DNA of 64,000 bases from Candidatus Aenigmatarchaeota archaeon (lineage in GTDB: Archaea; Aenigmatarchaeota; Aenigmatarchaeia; PWEA01), in NCBI GenBank assembly GCA_046539325.1, contig JBKHHD010000004.1:25352-89351 (forward strand), in the 5' to 3' direction. Shown piece by piece: positions 37,567 through 46,749 of the stretch (the first letter of the stretch is position 1; each line of letters opens with the position of its first letter). The position numbers and the translations under genes are program-made. The notes beneath the pieces are model-generated. The model was not told where the DNA came from and searched no databases. It worked only from the letters and a program-made list of their open reading frames with translations.

Positions 37567-38510
37567 TCAACGTTCTCGTGGCGCTTGCGTTTCTCGCCGC
37601 CGTGTTCATGGGCATATCCATAGGCTCTTCTTCCGTTCCACCGGCCTTCGGACCTGTAACCTCTTCGGGCATCACCGGCGTTCTCAAGTCGGCGCTTCTG
37701 GCTGGAATAGCCGCAGGTCTAGGAGCGATCTTACAGGGTGGTAGTGTAAGCGCAACCGTAGGAAATGGAATGGTGGTAGGCGAAGTGCAGGCTTTACAGG
37801 CCTTCATCATACTCCTCGTGGCCTCTGTCCTCGTAATAGCAAGTGTCGTGGGTAAATATCCCATGCCCACCGCCTTCACCGTGGTCGGAGCAGTAATAGG
37901 AAGTGCACTCAGCTTCAACGAAGGTGTAGTCTGGCCGACAGTAAACAAGGTTGTGGGCTACTGGCTGATAATTCCCTTCATAGCAATGGGAATGGGATAC
38001 GTGATTTCCTGGCTGCTTCGCAAGTATCTCCCCAAGGAGAAATCCAAGAAAAAAATACAGTACACAGCCCTCGGTGCCGGGCTGTTCCTTGCCTATACGG
38101 CAGGGGCAAACTCCGTTGGACTAGCCGTGGGTCCGCTTTTCTCACTTGGATACGAGCTGACATTTCTCCTATTGATAGGTGGTATTTCAATACTGATGGG
38201 TGCCTGGGCACTCTCGCCAAAGATAATAGACGCGGTCTCATTCGAGTACTCCAACGTAGGACCCAGGAGGTCCATAGCCGCCCTGGGCACAGCGGCGATT
38301 CTGGCACAGATAGGTGTCTTCCTTGGAATCCCTATATCCTTCAGCGAGGCAATAATAGCTTCGGTACTCGGAAGCGGAATGGTAGTAGGAAAATCAAACG
38401 TCGGAAAGAAAAAACTTGGCTTCACGGCAGGAGCCTGGATCTTCGCCTTCTTTCTAGCAATAATCTCCACCTACGCCCTTTCTGAAGCAGTTCAGTATAT
38501 TGGTCTCTGA
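37563..38510 (+). CDS. inorganic phosphate transporter (PiT family)
   Basis: GSSSVPPAFGP, QGGSVS.T.G, GANSVG, GIPISF repeated PHO4 domains. Confidence 0.88.
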   Translation: MINVLVALAFLAAVFMGISIGSSSVPPAFGPVTSSGITGVLKSALLAGIAAGLGAILQGGSVSATVGNGMVVGEVQALQAFIILLVASVLVIASVVGKYPMPTAFTVVGAVIGSALSFNEGVVWPTVNKVVGYWLIIPFIAMGMGYVISWLLRKYLPKEKSKKKIQYTALGAGLFLAYTAGANSVGLAVGPLFSLGYELTFLLLIGGISILMGAWALSPKIIDAVSFEYSNVGPRRSIAALGTAAILAQIGVFLGIPISFSEAIIASVLGSGMVVGKSNVGKKKLGFTAGAWIFAFFLAIISTYALSEAVQYIGL

Positions 38511-38555
38511 AAACTGGCCTGAACGAACAAACGAGGAATCTTTATATATTTCCTA

Positions 38556-38575
38556 TTTTCATAATATTGTGAAAA
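38556..38575. promoter_or_regulatory. near-perfect palindromic operator
   Basis: TTTTCATAAT-ATTGTGAAAA between TATA (TTTATATA 38541) and the regulator start. Confidence 0.65.
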
Positions 38576-38585
38576 TGGTGTAAAA

Positions 38586-39077
38586 ATGACTGATCCCAGA
38601 GAGGAGTTCAAGGAGCTCCTGGCGGAAACACACAGAATGAGGGGGATAGATGAGCTTTCCTCGCAATTAATCGCGGAGCTTTTTATAGAGTCCGGAAAAC
38701 TCTCACTGAAGGAGCTAGCCGAAAGAACAGGCTACAGTCTATCTGCCGTATCCAGCGAGATGAAAAATCTGGGGAACAGTAGCTTCATCAAACGAACCAA
38801 GAAACCGGGGTCCAAGAAGATCTACTTCCATATAGAAAAAAGCCTTATGAAGAACTTCCTTGAAGGAATATCAGAAAAGCATAAAAAGATAATGGATATG
38901 CTGGAGCAGAAGCTCCCAAGAATAATTGACAAGTACGAAAACAAAGGAGGCGGAGGCAGCAACGAAGAAAAGGAGATAGTTGAGAACTACTACAGAGAAA
39001 TACAGGCCATGGATAAAATATTCGAAGAGTTGAGGGGAAAAATCGAAAAAAGGAAAAGGGAGTTGGAAGATGAGTGA
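38586..39077 (+). CDS. GbsR/MarR-type transcriptional regulator
   Basis: LSLKELAERTGYSLSAVS..MK.L, PGSKKIYF. Confidence 0.85.
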   Translation: MTDPREEFKELLAETHRMRGIDELSSQLIAELFIESGKLSLKELAERTGYSLSAVSSEMKNLGNSSFIKRTKKPGSKKIYFHIEKSLMKNFLEGISEKHKKIMDMLEQKLPRIIDKYENKGGGGSNEEKEIVENYYREIQAMDKIFEELRGKIEKRKRELEDE

Positions 39078-39753
39078 CAACGAAAACATAGTTATAGAAC
39101 TGGAGGATGTACACAAGGTCTATCAGATGGGTGAGACGAAGGTACGTGCGCTCAGAGGCTCGTCTTTGGAGGTCAGAAGAGGCGAGTTCCTGTCCATAGA
39201 AGGTCCTTCGGGCTCAGGGAAGTCAACGCTTATGAATATGATAGGCTGTCTGGACGTACCGACTTCAGGAAAGGTGCACCTGGAGAAGTGGGACATACAG
39301 AAACTAACGGAGTCGGACCTGGCACAGATACGCGGAAAGAAGATAGGCTTCGTATTCCAGACCTTCAACCTGATAAAGAACCTAACTGCACTGGAGAACG
39401 TGGCGATGCCTATGATGTTCCAGGGAATATCCAAGGAGAAAAGGCTCAAAAGGGCGAAAAATCTGCTGGTGGAGATGGGCCTCGGCGAGAGACTCAATCA
39501 CAAGCCTGCGGAGCTTTCAGGGGGACAGCAGCAGAGGGTCGCGATCGCAAGGGCGCTTGCAAACGATCCCGATGTACTGCTTGCAGACGAGCCAACAGGA
39601 AACCTCGACAGCAAGACAGGCAAAAAGGTACTGGAAAAACTCAAGGATTTAAATGAAAGGGAAGGTAAAACTATCGTGATGGTTACCCATGATCCAAACG
39701 CGGCTGAGTACGCCGAAAGGATCGTGGAGATAAAGGACGGTGTTGTGAAATGA
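39070..39753 (+). CDS. ABC transporter ATP-binding protein (LolD/MacB type)
   Basis: GPSGSGKST, GFVFQ.FNL, LSGGQQQR, LADEPTGNLD. Confidence 0.96.
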   Translation: MSDNENIVIELEDVHKVYQMGETKVRALRGSSLEVRRGEFLSIEGPSGSGKSTLMNMIGCLDVPTSGKVHLEKWDIQKLTESDLAQIRGKKIGFVFQTFNLIKNLTALENVAMPMMFQGISKEKRLKRAKNLLVEMGLGERLNHKPAELSGGQQQRVAIARALANDPDVLLADEPTGNLDSKTGKKVLEKLKDLNEREGKTIVMVTHDPNAAEYAERIVEIKDGVVK

Positions 39754-41069
39754 GTAAGTATATGAAACCGGCGTTTCTCCTCACAGTCCTTGCTCTGTCC
39801 CTTTCACTTTTTGTAACTATACCGGAGGCCGAGGCCTCGACAGGTAGGATGTCACAGCTCGAAGTAGTCTACAGGAAGTCTGAACCAGATCCATTGAGAA
39901 CCGGGGAGTACGCGGATGTCTGGGTTAAGGTAAAGAATACCGGGGACACAAAGGCCGAGGACATATCGCTAGAGTTCGTTCCGGAATTTCCTTTTTCTCT
40001 GGATCCGGACAAAGAAGCCGTAAAGGAACTCGGTGATATGAATCCCGGTGTTGAGTATCATGCGCACTACAAGATACGCGTCGACGAGAACGCAGTTCCC
40101 GGAGAAAACGACCTCAAGTTCAAGACAAAAAGCGATATAGCTGAGATCACAAAGACCCTGCCCGTACAAGTGAGAAGTAGAGAATCCGTGCTTTCCGTGG
40201 AAAGAGTAGGGGTCGAAGGTGGGAAAATACCCCCGAGCAAGACACGAAATGTAACTTTAAAACTGAAGAACCGCGCGGACACATATCTCAGGAATATAGA
40301 CTCGTCCCTTGGGCTGAGACCTGTCAGTAGTGAGACAGCAGAGATGGAGGAGGAGGCCGAGATGCTGGGCACAGAGGAATACCAGACTGCGGAGGAGATA
40401 CCGCTCATCACTGTAGGAGAAACCACGGAAAAAAGGATAGGCAAGATAGCTCCTGGAGAGACAAAGGAGGTTACATTCCCTGTACGCGCCGAGTCAGACG
40501 CGACCGAAGAGGCGTACAAGGTCCCCGTGGAAATGAGGTACGAGGACGAAATGGGAAACACGTGGCAGAAGATAGAATTCACAGGGATAACCGTTGGCGG
40601 AGAACCGGTAGTCGAGACGGGGATAGCCGATATAGACGGCTACCCTGTATCCGATACCTCAACGGAAGTCTCGCTAAGACTTGTGAACCGTGGTCTTTCC
40701 GAGGCGAAGTTTCTACAGGCAGAACTTCTACCGCATGAGTCATACCAGGTCGTGGGAGAACCCGACGTCTACGTAGGCCATATGCAGCCCGACGACTTCG
40801 ACTCACCGTCCTTTACGGTTTACATGGAGCCCGATCACGAAAGGGTGGAAATTCCCGTTGAACTGAACTACAGGGACTCGGAAGGAAACGAAGTGACGGA
40901 GGAACAGACCGTAAGCTTCCGCACCTATACAAGCGGAGAGATAAGTAGCTTACGTGTCGAGGAAGGTGGGAACGCACTTTATTACATAGTAATAATTCTA
41001 GTAATAATCGGAGCCGTCTACCTTTACAGGAGAAGAAAGAAAAGCAAGGAGAAGCTCCTGGAGGAGTAA
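39750..41069 (+). CDS. COG1361 S-layer-domain protein
   Basis: Signal peptide, Ig-like CARDB-type repeats (V.V.N.G), C-terminal TM and basic tail. Confidence 0.85.
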   Translation: MSKYMKPAFLLTVLALSLSLFVTIPEAEASTGRMSQLEVVYRKSEPDPLRTGEYADVWVKVKNTGDTKAEDISLEFVPEFPFSLDPDKEAVKELGDMNPGVEYHAHYKIRVDENAVPGENDLKFKTKSDIAEITKTLPVQVRSRESVLSVERVGVEGGKIPPSKTRNVTLKLKNRADTYLRNIDSSLGLRPVSSETAEMEEEAEMLGTEEYQTAEEIPLITVGETTEKRIGKIAPGETKEVTFPVRAESDATEEAYKVPVEMRYEDEMGNTWQKIEFTGITVGGEPVVETGIADIDGYPVSDTSTEVSLRLVNRGLSEAKFLQAELLPHESYQVVGEPDVYVGHMQPDDFDSPSFTVYMEPDHERVEIPVELNYRDSEGNEVTEEQTVSFRTYTSGEISSLRVEEGGNALYYIVIILVIIGAVYLYRRRKKSKEKLLEE

Positions 41070-41076
41070 AGTTCCT

Positions 41077-42276
41077 ATGCTTCTTGATGAGTTTGTGCTT
41101 GCAGTCAGGAACATAAAGGAGAAGGGCGCACGGTCCTGGCTGACGATAATAGGGATATTCATAGGGATAGCTGCCGTGGTCGCGCTGATCTCTCTTACCC
41201 AGGGCCTGAGCCAGTCCGTTGAAGCGGAGTTCGAGCAGGCAGGAACGGACACGATAACTGTAATGGCAGGGAGGAGTTCGGGAACGGGCGGAATGGGAAT
41301 GGTCGGCGCAGTGGGGTCTTACATAAGTGAAGACAACGCCGACACTATAAGGAACGTGAGGGGTGTGGAAAACGCCGAACCTATGAGCATGGAGTTAGGT
41401 CAGATTAAGTACAGAGGAGATACGCAAAGGGTTCCCGTCGTAGGCGTAGAACCTGCTCTCTTTGAAATTTTCCCACAGTACTCCGTTGAGAAGGGCCGTG
41501 AACTGAGGGACAACGACAGGTTCAGCGCAGCCATAGGACCGAAACTCGGCGACGACGTTTTCGATGATGAAATAGACCTCAGAAACAACTTAGATATAGA
41601 GGGAAACAGGGTAAGGGTTGTCGGAATCCTTGAATCAATGGGCAACCCAAGCGATGACAGAAGTGTGACCATACCCCTGGATACTGCGCAGGACATATTT
41701 GATGCCGAAGGACAGATCTCCATGGTATACGTAAGTGTATACGACTCATACGAGCCGTCCGAGGTGGCAGAAGAGATAGAGGAAGAACTAGAGGACGAAA
41801 GGGGCGAAAGGGACTTCTCCGTTCAGACAATGGAACAGGTTCTCGACGCTGTAAACAACATCCTCTCAATGGTTCAGGCCCTCTTCGTGGGAGTTGCAGC
41901 CATTTCTCTTTTTGTGGGAGGTGTAGGGATTATGAGCACGATGTATACCTCAGTTCTTGAGAAAACAAGGGATATAGGTATAATGAAGGCCGTCGGAGCC
42001 AGAAACTCCGACGTTATGAAGATATTTCTCTTTGAGTCAGGACTGCTCGGCTTAACAGGTGGAGTTCTAGGCGTGATAATAGGACTTTCGATAGCAAAAG
42101 GCGCTGAATACGTGATCCAAGAGTTCTACGGACTTGGAATGCTGGAAATAGCTGTAACCCCGGAGCTGATAATAGGCGCTTTGGGTTTCTCCTTTATAGT
42201 TGGTACGCTTTCAGGTGTTCTCCCCGCGAGAAGCGCAGCGCAACTAGACCCTGTGGACGCTTTGCGGTCAGAGTGA
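41077..42276 (+). CDS. ABC transporter permease (MacB/FtsX type)
   Basis: RSWLTIIGIFIGIAAVV, EKTRDIGIMKAVGA, PARSAAQLDPVDALR. Confidence 0.95.
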   Translation: MLLDEFVLAVRNIKEKGARSWLTIIGIFIGIAAVVALISLTQGLSQSVEAEFEQAGTDTITVMAGRSSGTGGMGMVGAVGSYISEDNADTIRNVRGVENAEPMSMELGQIKYRGDTQRVPVVGVEPALFEIFPQYSVEKGRELRDNDRFSAAIGPKLGDDVFDDEIDLRNNLDIEGNRVRVVGILESMGNPSDDRSVTIPLDTAQDIFDAEGQISMVYVSVYDSYEPSEVAEEIEEELEDERGERDFSVQTMEQVLDAVNNILSMVQALFVGVAAISLFVGGVGIMSTMYTSVLEKTRDIGIMKAVGARNSDVMKIFLFESGLLGLTGGVLGVIIGLSIAKGAEYVIQEFYGLGMLEIAVTPELIIGALGFSFIVGTLSGVLPARSAAQLDPVDALRSE

Positions 42277-42335
42277 TCCTTTAGGAAAGTTAAATTCTGC
42301 TCCTTTGTTCAGTTTCCTCTTCAGTGTTGTAGTTC

Positions 42336-42611
42336 TTAATCACTATCTTTTGACTTTGATACGGCTGTCTTGAGGTCCTTGCCGTCAAAACCTATGACCT
42401 CAACATCCTTTGAATCTATCCATTCCTTGAACTTCTTATCAACATCATCAATCTGAATTTCTGAGAGTGTTTCTTCCAGGTCTTTGAGACTGTCCTCGGG
42501 ATGTATAAAGAAATCACCCCGGACGTCGATCTCCTTGACTACATTGTCCTTTACCTCTACGTCTATTTTCAGCATCTTTCCATCGGGCACTTTAAAATCC
42601 ACATGCTTCAT
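42336..42611 (-). CDS. lipoate-protein ligase accessory C-terminal subunit (LplB)
   Basis: KVPDGK..., GDFFIHPED...LE..L. Confidence 0.85.
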   Translation of the reverse strand: MKHVDFKVPDGKMLKIDVEVKDNVVKEIDVRGDFFIHPEDSLKDLEETLSEIQIDDVDKKFKEWIDSKDVEVIGFDGKDLKTAVSKSKDSD

Positions 42612-42617
42612 AATCTA

Positions 42618-43391
42618 TTACCTCATAAAGTTCCAGTCCTTTGTTCCGTATTTCTCCTTGCGAAGCTCCTTGGCTTTTTCCTCCTCGTAATCAGTGAGGT
42701 CACCGCTTTGAAGGCTCTGCCCGAACTCCTCGCTGAAAGCCTGGCTCAAGGCTTCTTTTACCTCTTTCATGGACAGCCCCGGCTTCCTTTCCTTCAACGT
42801 CGTAACTCTTTCTTCAAGACCAGACGTCACCTTGTCCTTTGACTTCTCCTCGGAAATTTTAAGATACTTTACCATCTTTTCAGGCTCAAAGTCAAGAAGT
42901 AAAGTTCCGTGTTGAAGGAGAACTCCGTTTTTCCTGGTCTGTGCGTTACCCGAGATCTTTCGTCCTTCGACAACTACGTCATTTATTCCGGAATGTTCGG
43001 CCTCAATTCCGATTTTTTTCAGAGCCCTGATAATACACTCACTGATCTTTCTGTAGGACTCCTTGATATCACTGGGAATTCCCTTTAACTCCTCTGGGGC
43101 AATTATACTGTAGTTGATCTCACCCTTCGGATCTTTGTAGACAGCTCCACCACCAGTCATCCTTCGGAAAATCTCCACATCGTCCTCCCGGCACTTCTCA
43201 ACGTCCACCTCCTCTTTGACGGACTGGAAGTAACCGATGGCCACAGCTGGTTCACTCCACCTATAGAACCTAAGTGTGGACTTCACTTCCCCTTCCGATA
43301 CGGCCTGAAGTATAGCTTCGTCCGTGGCCATCTTCCGGTAGGAATTCTCGACGGGGTCCGACTCTATCAGTCTGAAGGTCATTTTCTCCAA
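42618..43391 (-). CDS. lplA: lipoate-protein ligase A catalytic subunit
   Basis: MATDEA, LRFYRW, RRMTGGGAVY, ND...GRKISGNAQ, HGTLL. Confidence 0.95.
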   Translation of the reverse strand: MEKMTFRLIESDPVENSYRKMATDEAILQAVSEGEVKSTLRFYRWSEPAVAIGYFQSVKEEVDVEKCREDDVEIFRRMTGGGAVYKDPKGEINYSIIAPEELKGIPSDIKESYRKISECIIRALKKIGIEAEHSGINDVVVEGRKISGNAQTRKNGVLLQHGTLLLDFEPEKMVKYLKISEEKSKDKVTSGLEERVTTLKERKPGLSMKEVKEALSQAFSEEFGQSLQSGDLTDYEEEKAKELRKEKYGTKDWNFMR

Positions 43392-43393
43392 CT

Positions 43394-44152
43394 CTATCCT
43401 TCCCTTGAGATCAGTCCGGTCAGTGGGTGGTCGGGATTGGGTTCGGAAACCAGCATCTGGTTTACTGCAGGCGGATAGGCAAGGTCCGTTTCCTCTACTC
43501 TGTCAAGAGCTTTTTCCAGGTCTTTAGTTGTCAGACCGATCCATAGCTCATCATCCTGTGAACCAGCGATACTTCTAGCACCGCCGCAAGGAACGGTCAA
43601 CCACGGAACTCCTTCCTCCGCGACCGGAACGATAACTTCACAGGCTGCATGCCCGTTGACCCTCGGCGACGTTTTCTGTCCTGTCTTATCGAAGACGCCT
43701 AGTAGTAGTAAATAAACCTGGGAGGAATCGGTTACCATGACTACAGAATCAGGATGCATTCCCAGATCGTCGAACTCTCTCAGTGGTGCCATCACCGCAG
43801 CCTCGTAGTCTCCAACAGGCAGAGTCTCCGTCTTCTCCATCAGCTCCTCGAACCTCTCTTCTGTGTAGCCAAAGCCATTGACCCATCTTTCCTTCAGGTC
43901 GTCGGGAATTTCTTCAAAGCCGAGGACCCTGGAACCTATCACGCAGCCGCCCATGTTTTCCATGGAAACACCGCGCGTTTTTTCGTATACTGCAACCTCC
44001 TTCAGAACCTGGCACAGACCCAGGTCCTTGTCCGGAAACATCACTTTGTTCCCCACCTCCTCTTTATTCTCAAGAAGTTTGACACCGATAGGAACGCCTT
44101 TGCCTTTGATTAGATCGTCGTACCTTTTCTCCAAGTTTTCGTACTTTGTCAT
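43394..44152 (-). CDS. DUF169 family protein
   Basis: PIGVK, LCQ, GC.IG...LG, P..V, AC, PCGGAR...DDEL pattern. Confidence 0.85.
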   Translation of the reverse strand: MTKYENLEKRYDDLIKGKGVPIGVKLLENKEEVGNKVMFPDKDLGLCQVLKEVAVYEKTRGVSMENMGGCVIGSRVLGFEEIPDDLKERWVNGFGYTEERFEELMEKTETLPVGDYEAAVMAPLREFDDLGMHPDSVVMVTDSSQVYLLLLGVFDKTGQKTSPRVNGHAACEVIVPVAEEGVPWLTVPCGGARSIAGSQDDELWIGLTTKDLEKALDRVEETDLAYPPAVNQMLVSEPNPDHPLTGLISREG

Positions 44153-44161
44153 AAGATCACC

Positions 44162-44551
44162 TCACATATTTTTTTCGACCCATTCCTCCGCTTCTTCTGC
44201 GTCCATAAGTTCCTCCAGTTCGGAGGGATCGGACAGCTTAACTTTGACGATCCAGCTGCCGTACGGGTCTTCGTTTATTTTTTCGGGGTTGTCGTAAAGG
44301 TCATTGTTGACCTCGATTATTTTCCCGGAGACTGGACTTGATAGATGTCCGGACCATTTCATGGCTTCCAGGGAAGTGTAGTTGTCTCCCTTTTCGACTT
44401 CTTCACCTTCCTCGGGCAGGTCTATGAACACGAACCTCTTGACCCTGTCAGCGGCCGGCTGGATAATCCCCAGCTTCGCTTCTCCGTTCTCTACTTCTAC
44501 CCAGGAGTAATCCTGGTTGTATTTCAGCCTTTCCGGCAGTTTTTCACTCAT
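44162..44551 (-). CDS. gcvH: glycine cleavage system H-like lipoyl carrier protein
   Basis: W, G, FIDLP, LEAMK lipoyl-lysine site, SPVSG, NEDPYGSW. Confidence 0.9.
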   Translation of the reverse strand: MSEKLPERLKYNQDYSWVEVENGEAKLGIIQPAADRVKRFVFIDLPEEGEEVEKGDNYTSLEAMKWSGHLSSPVSGKIIEVNNDLYDNPEKINEDPYGSWIVKVKLSDPSELEELMDAEEAEEWVEKNM

Positions 44552-45968
44552 CTTGATCACCTTCTTTATCTTTGTCTTCGGAACCTTTAGTTTTTTGGTA
44601 AATCAACTTTATAACCAAGGCAGCAAGTACAGCACCGCCGAACACGTAGATCGTTCCTGCTATGCTCTCCATAAGATCAGGAGCGAAGAGGAGGCTCATC
44701 GCGAGTGCAAACATGATCGTTCCTCCGATTAGCTTGAGGAACCTCCCTTGCTTCTTGCCCAGCTTTGCTTTGTCCATCGTAACAACCGCGGAGAAGAAGA
44801 TGACAAGTTCTATGCTGAGGTAGATGAAGAGATACAGTCCTAAGAGAGCGGCAAATGTCAGGGAAAACATCTCCAGCCCTTTACTTGCTATTATATTGGT
44901 CCACATAACAGGAAATCCTGCTGTGCAGGGCAGTTCGACAAGAACGATGCCCAGGGCCATACCTGCAGTGGCGGCTATCATTGCTGGAACGTTTCCTTCT
45001 TTCTTCAGGACCTCTCTCATCTTTCCAATTATCTTCGGTTTATATCTATCGGGAATCGTAAAGGAAACACCCTTCTTGTACCAGAAGTAATCCTTGATGT
45101 TGACTACTGCAAAGGTCAGTGCCAGGGCAGCCACTGCTATACGGATCCATAAGAGGTGCCCTGTATAGGAAAACACGTTCAGAAGGCCGATGATAAAGAG
45201 TCCATAGGCCGCTGTTGTGGTCAGCAAGAACGTCAAACCAACGGCAACTACCTTTTTCCTGGAGCCGGAGTAGATTACCAGACCGAGTAAAAAGGTTATG
45301 ACCCACAATGAGCAGGGATTGAAACCATCTACAAATGCAATAAGACTCGTTAGGACGAAAAGTGATGTATTTTTTGAACTTATCTCACCGAAAACGGGTA
45401 GTTCAACTGTTCCCTCGGTCTCGTTAAACCCGGAATAATCACCTGGGACAGACTCTTCCTTCGAACTGTCCTCGTCTTCAGGTGGAGTCTGAGTTTCTTC
45501 ATCATCGGTACCTGTTTGAGACTTCAGTTTTTCTCCTGGATCCACACAGGTCTCAGTCTCCAGACATTCATCGATCTTTTCTTCCATCTCTGTGCCCATG
45601 GATTCAGAATAACCGACCCAGACCTCGTCGTCTATAAAGGTGGCGGGAACTCCCGAAACCGACCTTCCGTAGGCCTCAGCAACCTCCTGGAACAGCTCCT
45701 GGTTGCTTTGATTATGGTACACTTCGAACATCTTCACCTCAAGTTCCGGGTGCTCTCTTTCAAGATCTTCAAGAAACGATTTCTCCTCGGCACAGTGTGG
45801 ACAACCGTCTCCCCAGAAGAAGTAAACCGTTACCTCATTATCCTCTGTGAGGCTGGTATCTGTAATATTATCTGTTTGTGAAGCCTCGGCAGCTGAAACT
45901 GGAGGAATTAAAAACACGGCCAATACAGCCAAAACCAGTACACCTGCTATTTTACCCCCGAAATCCAT
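44544..45968 (-). CDS. extracytoplasmic thioredoxin domain fused to a CcdA/DsbD-like membrane domain
   Basis: Signal peptide, GCPHC, cis-Pro GVP, membrane DGFNPC and ELPCTAG; its stop overlaps the gcvH start. Confidence 0.85.
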   Translation of the reverse strand: MDFGGKIAGVLVLAVLAVFLIPPVSAAEASQTDNITDTSLTEDNEVTVYFFWGDGCPHCAEEKSFLEDLEREHPELEVKMFEVYHNQSNQELFQEVAEAYGRSVSGVPATFIDDEVWVGYSESMGTEMEEKIDECLETETCVDPGEKLKSQTGTDDEETQTPPEDEDSSKEESVPGDYSGFNETEGTVELPVFGEISSKNTSLFVLTSLIAFVDGFNPCSLWVITFLLGLVIYSGSRKKVVAVGLTFLLTTTAAYGLFIIGLLNVFSYTGHLLWIRIAVAALALTFAVVNIKDYFWYKKGVSFTIPDRYKPKIIGKMREVLKKEGNVPAMIAATAGMALGIVLVELPCTAGFPVMWTNIIASKGLEMFSLTFAALLGLYLFIYLSIELVIFFSAVVTMDKAKLGKKQGRFLKLIGGTIMFALAMSLLFAPDLMESIAGTIYVFGGAVLAALVIKLIYQKTKGSEDKDKEGDQDE

Positions 45969-46010
45969 ATTCATCACCCTTCTTTTGTGGAGTAACACCT
46001 TATAAACGTT

Positions 46011-46029
46011 TGTTTCAAAAAGTGAAATA
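46011..46029. promoter_or_regulatory. imperfect inverted repeat upstream of the operon TATA box
   Basis: TGTTTCA-AAAAG-TGAAATA beside TTTATAAG (minus strand). Confidence 0.4.
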
Positions 46030-46046
46030 GCTTCAAACCTGCATCT

Positions 46047-46550
46047 TCAAGAGCCCACGTAAAGGTCCACAAAGGGTTCCTTCAATCTAATCAGGTTGCT
46101 CATCCCCGAGTCCTCTTTGCTGATTATCCCCCTGTCTTCCAGTTTGGACAGCTTTCTAGAAACCTTTACCTTGTCTACTCCCGTCTCCTTGACTATCCTG
46201 CTCTGCTGCATCGCTCCATCCTCGTCGATAAGCTCTTCGACTATCTTCCTCTCGTCGTTGCCCAAAAACTTCAATGTCTCCCTCGCCTCCTCGCTCAACT
46301 CCTCCTTCTCCTCCTTGAAGGCTCCTGAGAGGTAGTAGTAGGTGGCCATTCCGACAAGGACGCCCAGAGACGTGAGAATAGCCAGGATCCAGTTTATCGG
46401 CAATGTACACGCACAGGCCGATGGATCCATGTAGTTCTGGTGTAGGTAGTAGTAGAAGAAGCTGACGGCTATCACGAACCCGACGATGATCAGAACTACT
46501 GACAGAAACCTCCTGAAAAACTTCTTCCTGTCCTTACCGTTCATAGGCAA
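46047..46550 (-). CDS. membrane-anchored wHTH regulator (2 TM with CxC loop)
   Basis: TM-PSACACTLP-TM, then DERKIV...QSRIV..TG.DKVKVSRKL..LE.RG. Confidence 0.85.
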   Translation of the reverse strand: MPMNGKDRKKFFRRFLSVVLIIVGFVIAVSFFYYYLHQNYMDPSACACTLPINWILAILTSLGVLVGMATYYYLSGAFKEEKEELSEEARETLKFLGNDERKIVEELIDEDGAMQQSRIVKETGVDKVKVSRKLSKLEDRGIISKEDSGMSNLIRLKEPFVDLYVGS

Positions 46551-46595
46551 TCACTTGTTGTTTTAATTTCTGCTTGTTCGTTTTAATAGTTTATC

Positions 46596-46699
46596 GATGA
46601 CATCAAAGAGTCTATGCCGCAGTCAGGTATCTTCCCACCGCTCGGTAGGTCGATGGCCCTGGCGTTAAACCCGTCGGTTTCGTAAAAGACCTCACATCC
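46596..46699 (-). ncRNA. candidate structured small RNA or leader
   Basis: GC-rich island in an AT-rich spacer; nested helices GAGGTCT/AGACTC, CAGG/CCTG, ATC/GAT, CCTACC-GAGC-GGTGGG; strand uncertain. Confidence 0.3.
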
Positions 46700-46749
46700 T
46701 TTTCTGAGGGAAGTTCAGTTTTAAAAACAAAGGGCTACCATATTGCCCT

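Noticed and set aside
46596-46710. 5S rRNA, SRP RNA, RNase P RNA, C/D box sRNA or fluoride riboswitch identity for the structured island
   Set aside because: Only fragments of the motifs (CGATGA, CTGA, GGGAAG); diagnostic consensus and spacing not met
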